64,000 bases of DNA. Source: Alphaproteobacteria bacterium (GTDB taxonomy: Bacteria; Pseudomonadota; Alphaproteobacteria; SHVP01). Below the pieces are notes generated by a model, which was not told the DNA's origin, did not search any database, and saw only the letters and a list, made by a program, of their open reading frames with translations. Numbering within the stretch: position 1 is the first letter of the stretch; every line of letters begins with the position of its first letter. The stretch covers positions 59,964 through 123,963 of the forward strand of contig VGES01000002.1 in assembly GCA_016869765.1 (NCBI GenBank). Direction: 5' to 3'. Position numbers and translations under genes: made by a program. Positions 57,964 to 64,000 of this stretch are shown here, one piece after another.

Positions 57964-60900
57964 ATGCCCATGCACGCGCTCGCGCCAATCTCCCAGCAGA
58001 TCTGGGACATGAAGTATCGCCTCAAGGGGCCCGACGGAGCCCCCGTCGACGGCAGCATCATCGACACGTGGCGCCGCGTCGCGCGCGCCCTCGCGGCCGT
58101 CGAAAAAGGGTCGGCCCATTGGGAAGGGCGCTTCGCCGAGGCTCTCGCCGATTTCAAGTTCCTGCCCGCGGGACGGATCATTGCCGGTGCCGGAACCGAT
58201 CGTCGCGTCACGCTGTTCAACTGTTTCGTCATGGGCACGATCCAGGACGACATGGCGAGCATCTTCGAGAACCTCAAAGAAGCCGCGCTCACCATGCAGC
58301 AAGGAGGCGGCATCGGATTCGATTTCTCGACTCTGCGGCCGAAGGGCGCCCCGGTGCGTGGCGTCGGCGCGGATGCGTCGGGGCCGTTGTCGTTCATGGA
58401 TGTCTGGGACGCGATGTGCCGGACCATCATGTCCGCCGGCCATCGCCGCGGTGCCATGATGGCGACGCTGCGTTGCGATCATCCCGACATCGAGGCGTTC
58501 ATCGAAGCCAAGCGCGAGCCAGGCCGGCTGCGCATGTTCAATCTGTCGGTCCTCGTGAGCGATGCATTCATGGCCGCGGTCAAGGCCGATCAACCGTGGA
58601 CCCTGTCGTTCAAGGACGTCACCTATAAGACGCTGTCGGCGCGCGAACTGTGGGACAAGATCATGCGCGCGACCTACGGCTACGCCGAGCCGGGCGTGAT
58701 CTTCATCGACCGCATCAACCGTCTCAACAACCTCGCCTACGCCGAAACGATCAGCGCGACCAATCCTTGCGTGCCGGCCGATACCTGGGTGCAGACGACG
58801 GAGGGGCCCCGCCAGGTCGGTGAACTCATGGGGCGCCCGTTCGGTGCTGTCGTCGACGGTGTGGCCGCCGCCAGCGACGAGCGCGGCTTCTTCGCGACCG
58901 GTCGACGAAAGGTGCTGCGGCTGTCGACGGACGAAGGTTATGTGTTGCGTCTCACGGACAACCACCAAGTACGAATCGTCGCCGAACGCACCCGCGATCG
59001 CCAGACCTACGCGTGGATCGCCGCCGGGGACCTTCGCCCGGGGCAGCAGGTCGTCGTGCACGACCACCGCGAGGCTGCGACCTGGGCCGGGCAGGGCGAC
59101 GCCGATCAGGGCTATCTCCTCGGCCTGCTGATCGGCGATGGCACGCTCAAGGACGACAAGGCGGTGCTGTCGGCCTGGCCGGGCCTCCTGGTCGCAAACG
59201 GCACCTTCGAACGGCCGGGCATTGCCGGCGTCATGGATGCGGCCTTGGCGGCGGCGAGACAGCAGCCCCACCGCGCCGATTTCAAAGGTTGGATGGCCGT
59301 CCCCGGTCGTGGGGAATACCGGCTCGCGCTCGCCGCGGTCAAACACATGGCGGAACGCCTCGGGCTCGAGCCAGGACACAAGACCATTACCCCGGCAATC
59401 GAGCGTTGCTCGGCGGCGTTCTACCGCGGCTTCCTCCGCGGCCTGTTCGATGCCGATGGCAGCGTGCAAGGCAATCATGAGAAAGGCGTCAGCGTCCGAC
59501 TGGCCCAGAGTGATCCAGCCCTCCTGCGGGCTGCGCAACGAATGCTGCTGCGCCTCGGGATTTGCTCGCGCCTCTACGCCGAACGCCAACCGAGCGGGCT
59601 TCGCCCGATGCCTGATGGCAAAGGGGGAACGGCAATCTACCCCCATGCGGCCCAGCACGAACTCGTCATCAGCGGTGACAATCTCGCCGTGTTCGCCGAT
59701 CGCATCGGTTTCGCCGACACGGAGAAATCGGCGCGATTGACGGTCTGTCTCGGCCAATACCGGCGGGCGCTGAACCGCGAACGCTTTGTCGCCACCGTGG
59801 CCACCGTCGAGAACGACGGCGAAGAGGACGTGTTCGATGTCGCGATCCCCGGCATCAATGCGTTCGATGCCAACGGGCTCTACGTCCACAACTGCGGCGA
59901 GCAGCCGTTGCCTCCGTACGGGGCCTGCCTGCTGGGCTCGATCAACCTGGCGCAACTCGTGCGCCAACCGTTCACGAACGAGGCGGCACTCGACGAAACA
60001 GCCCTCGACGAACTTACCGGCCTCGCCGTACGGATGCTCGACAATGCGATCAGCGTCTCGCGATTTCCCCTGCCCGCCCAGGAACACGAAGCGCAGGCAA
60101 AACGGCGCATCGGGCTCGGGATCACGGGCTTGGCCGACGCCCTCATCATGGCCGGCCAGCGCTATGGCAGCGCGGAGGCCGTCGAAACGACGCGTCGCTG
60201 GCTGGCCCGGCTGCGGCGGGCGGCGTATCTCGCGTCGGCCGAACTCGCAGCCGAGAAAGGCGCTTTCCCGCTGTTCGATCGCGATCGCTATCTGGCTGGC
60301 GAAAACGTCCAACGCCTGGAAGACGACGTGCGCGACGCGATCGCCGCCAAGGGCATTCGCAACGCCCTTCTCACTTCGGTGGCCCCCACCGGCACCATCT
60401 CGCTCCTCGCCGACAACGTGTCCTCCGGCCTCGAACCGGTGTTCTCGTTCGTTTACAAGCGCAACGTGCTGATGCCGGACGGCAGCCGCAAGGAAGAGGA
60501 GGTCAGCGACCACGCCTATCGGCTGTTCCGCCGATCCGCCGGCGAGAACACCGCACTTCCCCCCGCCTTCGTCGATGCCCAACACCTGACCCCGGGCGAT
60601 CACGTGCGTATGCAGGCCGCGGTCCAGGAGTTCATCGATTCGGCGGTGTCCAAGACCGTGAACATCCCCGAGGACATGTCTTTCGCCGCGTTCAAGGACG
60701 TCTACATGTTGGCCTACGACACCGGCTGCAAGGGCATCACGACCTATCGCCCGAACCCGGTGACCGGCGCCGTGCTCGAAACCAAGACGGCCAAATCGAC
60801 CAAGCAGACCGAGCTGCCGTTCGAAAAGCCGGCCGCGCGGCCCGCCGATGCCTACGAGGCGGGCGGCGTTGTCTACATGACCAAGCCCTTGGATCGCCCC

Positions 60901-61413
60901 GGCGTGCTGCCCGGCAGCACCTACAAGGTGCGCTGGCCCGAGTCCGATCACGCGATCTACATCACGATCAACGACATCATTCAGGACAGCCGACGCCGGC
61001 CCTTCGAGGTGTTCATCAACTCGAAGAACATGGAGCACTACGCCTGGACGGTGGCATTGACACGCATGATATCGGCCGTGTTCCGCCGTGGCGGCGACGT
61101 CTCGTTCGTCGTCGAGGAACTCAAGGCGGTGTTCGACCCGCGCGGCGGCCACTGGGTCGACGGCCACTACGTACCGTCGCTCCTGGCCGCGATCGGCGAT
61201 GTCATCGAGCAGCATTTGGTCTCGATCGGCTTCATGGCCGCGCCCCACGGTCAGGAACACCAGGCTGTGGAACTGCGCCAGGCGGCGGGGATGGAAGAGA
61301 CGGGGCCCGGCGCCATGCGCCTGCGCCATTGCCCGCGCTGCAACCAGCCGGCACTGATCCGGCTGGAAAACTGCGACACCTGTACGAGCTGCGGCTACTC
61401 GAAGTGCACGTGA
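57964..61413 (+). CDS. nrdJ: Class II (adenosylcobalamin-dependent) ribonucleotide reductase NrdJ, interrupted in-frame by a 375-aa intein
   Basis: Extein sequence ...ETISATNP-C|GEQPLPPYGACLLGSINL restores the canonical NrdJ active-site block. C-terminal Cys-rich zinc ribbon CPRCNQ...CDTCTSCGYSKC. Mature size ~774 aa. Confidence 0.9.
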   Translation: MPMHALAPISQQIWDMKYRLKGPDGAPVDGSIIDTWRRVARALAAVEKGSAHWEGRFAEALADFKFLPAGRIIAGAGTDRRVTLFNCFVMGTIQDDMASIFENLKEAALTMQQGGGIGFDFSTLRPKGAPVRGVGADASGPLSFMDVWDAMCRTIMSAGHRRGAMMATLRCDHPDIEAFIEAKREPGRLRMFNLSVLVSDAFMAAVKADQPWTLSFKDVTYKTLSARELWDKIMRATYGYAEPGVIFIDRINRLNNLAYAETISATNPCVPADTWVQTTEGPRQVGELMGRPFGAVVDGVAAASDERGFFATGRRKVLRLSTDEGYVLRLTDNHQVRIVAERTRDRQTYAWIAAGDLRPGQQVVVHDHREAATWAGQGDADQGYLLGLLIGDGTLKDDKAVLSAWPGLLVANGTFERPGIAGVMDAALAAARQQPHRADFKGWMAVPGRGEYRLALAAVKHMAERLGLEPGHKTITPAIERCSAAFYRGFLRGLFDADGSVQGNHEKGVSVRLAQSDPALLRAAQRMLLRLGICSRLYAERQPSGLRPMPDGKGGTAIYPHAAQHELVISGDNLAVFADRIGFADTEKSARLTVCLGQYRRALNRERFVATVATVENDGEEDVFDVAIPGINAFDANGLYVHNCGEQPLPPYGACLLGSINLAQLVRQPFTNEAALDETALDELTGLAVRMLDNAISVSRFPLPAQEHEAQAKRRIGLGITGLADALIMAGQRYGSAEAVETTRRWLARLRRAAYLASAELAAEKGAFPLFDRDRYLAGENVQRLEDDVRDAIAAKGIRNALLTSVAPTGTISLLADNVSSGLEPVFSFVYKRNVLMPDGSRKEEEVSDHAYRLFRRSAGENTALPPAFVDAQHLTPGDHVRMQAAVQEFIDSAVSKTVNIPEDMSFAAFKDVYMLAYDTGCKGITTYRPNPVTGAVLETKTAKSTKQTELPFEKPAARPADAYEAGGVVYMTKPLDRPGVLPGSTYKVRWPESDHAIYITINDIIQDSRRRPFEVFINSKNMEHYAWTVALTRMISAVFRRGGDVSFVVEELKAVFDPRGGHWVDGHYVPSLLAAIGDVIEQHLVSIGFMAAPHGQEHQAVELRQAAGMEETGPGAMRLRHCPRCNQPALIRLENCDTCTSCGYSKCT
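58768..59892 (+). mobile_element. Intein (Hint domain plus LAGLIDADG homing endonuclease domain) inserted in nrdJ
   Basis: Starts with Cys (CVPADTWVQT...). Ends ...LYVHN followed by the +1 Cys. Two LAGLIDADG-type blocks (YLLGLLIGDGTL and GFLRGLFDADGSV). Length 375 aa, in frame. Confidence 0.8.
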
Positions 61414-61426
61414 GCGCGTTAGCGAC

Positions 61427-61981
61427 CTAACGCTCGGTCACCAGTTTCGCAAGCCGGTGGAGTCGCGGATCGCGGATTCCCAACTCGTCGAGATGCGCGA
61501 TGGTGTTCGCGAGGTAATCGCGGTTGGTGCCGGACTTTCCCATGGCGCCGCGCACGATTTCGGCGATCCGTTCCGGCCGAAGTTTTCCGGCGTAGTGCGG
61601 GTGATCGCGGTTGACCACGAAGCACGCCGCCGTGACCGATCGCTCATCGAGCGCGACCGGCAACCACTTGAGCCGATAGACCTCCACGGGATGCCCGAAC
61701 ATCTCCCGCTCGATCAAATAGGTGAGCGTGGTTTCGGCCGCCGCGGGACCGACACGAAACACGCGGCCGTGACATGAACCGCCGCGATCCAGGCCGAGAA
61801 CGAGGCCCCGGCGTTCCGGCGTCCCGCGGTAATGCTCGGAATAGAGGCAAAAGGCGCGATGGTACCCACGCAGCCGGGCCGGTGCGGCTGTGATGAAGGG
61901 AAACCCCGGGTTCCACATCAAGGACCCGTAGCCGAACACCCAGAGGTCGCCGTTTGCGTCGGTCTTCATCTGCGTCGCCAC
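61427..61981 (-). CDS. chaC: Gamma-glutamylcyclotransferase, ChaC family
   Basis: LWVFGYGSLMWNPGF (ChaC/GGCT YGSL motif)...184 aa. Confidence 0.8.
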   Translation of the reverse strand: MATQMKTDANGDLWVFGYGSLMWNPGFPFITAAPARLRGYHRAFCLYSEHYRGTPERRGLVLGLDRGGSCHGRVFRVGPAAAETTLTYLIEREMFGHPVEVYRLKWLPVALDERSVTAACFVVNRDHPHYAGKLRPERIAEIVRGAMGKSGTNRDYLANTIAHLDELGIRDPRLHRLAKLVTER

Positions 61982-62055
61982 GCCATAGCCGGAGGAGCGC
62001 CCGCGCTGCTATAGAGTAGCGCCATGGCCTATCGCAACAGGCGGCAGGGCGGCTG

Positions 62056-63162
62056 GTGACCCAACCGGCGCTCGACGCGGCGGTCCTCGAGCCCACGACC
62101 CCGCGGCGACGGTCGCGCTGGCGTTGGCTGATGCTCGCCGCAGGCCTGATCGTGATCGCCCTGGCCGCCGGCTGGACCGTACTGTGGTACACCCTGGCGC
62201 GCGACGTCGAACGGGTGGTCGACGATTGGGTCGCGGCCCGACGGACCGAAGGATATTTCATCGTCCTCGGGGCGCCCCACGTCAGCGGCTTTCCGTTCCG
62301 GTTGACGCTCCGGTTCGAGCTTCCGGTCGCCGCCTTGCGCGGCAGCAGCACGCTCTCCTGGCATGCCGACTGGATCGAGGCCTCGGCTCCGTTGTGGGCG
62401 CCGCAACAGATTCGCGTGCGCGTGCCCCGCAATCTCTTCACCTATTCGGTGCGCGGCGCCTCACGCGATATCCAGGTGATCAGCGAAGCGGCCCGTTTCG
62501 ATGTCACGGCCAACGGGTCCGGGCGGCCGGAAACCGCGGTGATCGCCTTGGCGCAGCCGCGCCTGCACATGAACCTGCTGGCACAGCCGATCGCCGCCCG
62601 GGACCTCGAGATCGCGCTCACCTGGCCGCAGCTGTTGCCGGGCGAACCGTTCCCGCGCGCGGCTGTTTCGCTCGCCGCCAGCGAAGTCACGTCGGCCCTG
62701 CCTCACTTCGCTGCTATCGGGCGAACCATTCAATCGCTTCGCGGCAACGTCGTCTTCCGCGGCACGTGGGACAATCAGGACTGGCGACGCGCCCTGGTCG
62801 CCTGGCGCGACAACGGCGGCACCATCGACCTTCAGGGTCTGCGCCTCGAGTGGGGCAACCTCAAGGTCGACGGCGATGGCACAGCGGCCCTCGATCGCGA
62901 ACTGCGGCCGATCGGTGCCGGGGCGCTCTGGGTGCTGGGGCTCCCCGAATTCATCGACAGCTTGCAGCGCCTGGGCGTCGTCAATGCGCGCGGAGCCGCC
63001 CTGTTCAAGCTCGCGCTCAGCGCGATGCCATCCAACGGCGGGAAGACCCAATTGCCGATTTCGGCCCAGGACGGGCGACTCTATCTCGGTCCGGTGGCCG
63101 TGGCCCCGCTGTGGTCGCTCGATTCGTTCTCGCTCGACGGCGTCCTGCGGCCGACGAACTAG
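62056..63162 (+). CDS. DUF2125 domain protein (alphaproteobacterial conserved, N-terminal transmembrane anchor)
   Basis: RRRSRWRWLMLAAGLIVIALAAGWTVLWY transmembrane segment, then a ~330-aa periplasmic domain. Confidence 0.65.
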   Translation: MTQPALDAAVLEPTTPRRRSRWRWLMLAAGLIVIALAAGWTVLWYTLARDVERVVDDWVAARRTEGYFIVLGAPHVSGFPFRLTLRFELPVAALRGSSTLSWHADWIEASAPLWAPQQIRVRVPRNLFTYSVRGASRDIQVISEAARFDVTANGSGRPETAVIALAQPRLHMNLLAQPIAARDLEIALTWPQLLPGEPFPRAAVSLAASEVTSALPHFAAIGRTIQSLRGNVVFRGTWDNQDWRRALVAWRDNGGTIDLQGLRLEWGNLKVDGDGTAALDRELRPIGAGALWVLGLPEFIDSLQRLGVVNARGAALFKLALSAMPSNGGKTQLPISAQDGRLYLGPVAVAPLWSLDSFSLDGVLRPTN

Positions 63163-64000
63163 CGCGCCTTCTTCTGGTCCTCGGGATCGGCCTGGCCGGC
63201 ATCGATGATGCCGCGGCGGATCGCCCTGGTTCGCGCGAAGAACTCTTCGAGCGTCCGGCCGTCACCCGACCGGATGGCGCGCGTCAGAACCGCGAGGTCC
63301 TCGTTGAAGCGACCGAGCATTTCCAGCACCGCCTCGCGGTTATTCAGGAAGACGTCGCGCCACATGATCGGGTCGGATGCCGCGATGCGCGTGAAGTCGC
63401 GAAACCCGCCAGCCGCGTATTTGATGACCTCGCCCTCGGTGACGCTCTCGAGGTCCTTAGCCGTCCCGACGATGTTGTAGGCGATCAGGTGCGGCAGGTG
63501 TGAGGTGATTGCCAGCACGAGATCATGGTGGGCCGGTTCCATCACGTCGACCCTGCTGCCCAAGCGCCGCCAAAACCCGATCAGGCGTTCGACCGCTTCG
63601 GGCCTCGCCGAGGCGGTTGGTGTGACGATGCACCAGCGCTCTTCGAACAACTCGGCGAATCCCGCGTCAGGGCCCGAGTGTTCGGTTCCAGCGACCGGAT
63701 GCGCCGGGACGAAGTCGACCCCGGCGGGGATATGCGGCCCGATATCGCGCACGACCGCCGCCTTGACCGAGCCCACGTCGGTCAACGTCGCCCCAGGTTT
63801 CAGCGCCGGGCCGATCACTCGACCCAGTTCGGCAAAAGTTCCGACCGGTGTTCCCAACACCACCAGGTCCGCATCGCGAACGGCTTCGGCCGGATCGGCG
63901 TACGTTCGCTCGACGAGATCGAGTTCGGTGGCGCGTCGCCGCGTCGCCTCGGACTTGGCACACGCAACGATCGAACGGGCGAGGCCGTGACGTTTGATCG
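63159..64000 (-). CDS. tyrC: Prephenate/arogenate (cyclohexadienyl) dehydrogenase, partial (N-terminus beyond window end)
   Basis: ...DLVVLGTPVGTFAELG...VDFVPAHPVAGTEHSGPDAGF...; the reading frame continues open past 63863 to 64000. Confidence 0.8.
   Translation of the reverse strand, partial: IKRHGLARSIVACAKSEATRRRATELDLVERTYADPAEAVRDADLVVLGTPVGTFAELGRVIGPALKPGATLTDVGSVKAAVVRDIGPHIPAGVDFVPAHPVAGTEHSGPDAGFAELFEERWCIVTPTASARPEAVERLIGFWRRLGSRVDVMEPAHHDLVLAITSHLPHLIAYNIVGTAKDLESVTEGEVIKYAAGGFRDFTRIAASDPIMWRDVFLNNREAVLEMLGRFNEDLAVLTRAIRSGDGRTLEEFFARTRAIRRGIIDAGQADPEDQKKAR

Noticed and set aside
57874-61329. 1151-aa ORF on the minus strand
   Set aside because: Exactly antisense to nrdJ. A stop-free antisense frame is expected at 65% GC. 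The product is low-complexity Arg/Gly/Asp-rich with no motif. The plus-strand NrdJ-plus-intein reading is fully coherent.

Overview
This is a high-GC (~65%) stretch that looks like an alphaproteobacterial-type chromosome. Genes are densely packed and many overlap by 4 bp in operon-style couplings. Recognisable core synteny blocks include etfB-etfA-hbd, argH-(tiny lipoprotein)-lysA-DUF4175, hpt-zinc ribbon-ftsE-ftsX-HAD-plsC, a class II ribonucleotide reductase (nrdJ), chaC, DUF2125 and a partial tyrC. Between these blocks sit accessory or catabolic regions: chrB-like/chrA; a cluster of NMT1-like/VOC/amidase/NIPSNAP/GST/SDR/TauD/hydrolase genes; a TRAP transporter with one DctQM permease and three DctP solute-binding paralogs, flanked by two HyuE-like racemase-family genes, a SAM methyltransferase, an FAD flavoprotein and two SDRs; amtB-glnK; tandem RidA; tandem MFS pumps; tandem amidohydrolases; a MazEF toxin-antitoxin pair with DUF899, cupin and ADC-like neighbours. 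Three points stand out. The first is a 375-aa LAGLIDADG-type intein at the catalytic NPC|GEQ site of nrdJ. The second is a tRNA-like gene with a type II (Leu/Tyr-like) body but a GCC (Gly) anticodon, lying next to a 9-bp direct repeat and hairpin. The third is a recurring Lys-rich tail on several unrelated enzymes. One canonical tRNA-Leu(CAA) is present. No CRISPR array, integrase or transposase was seen. Coordinates of non-ORF features are hand-derived and may be off by a few nucleotides.
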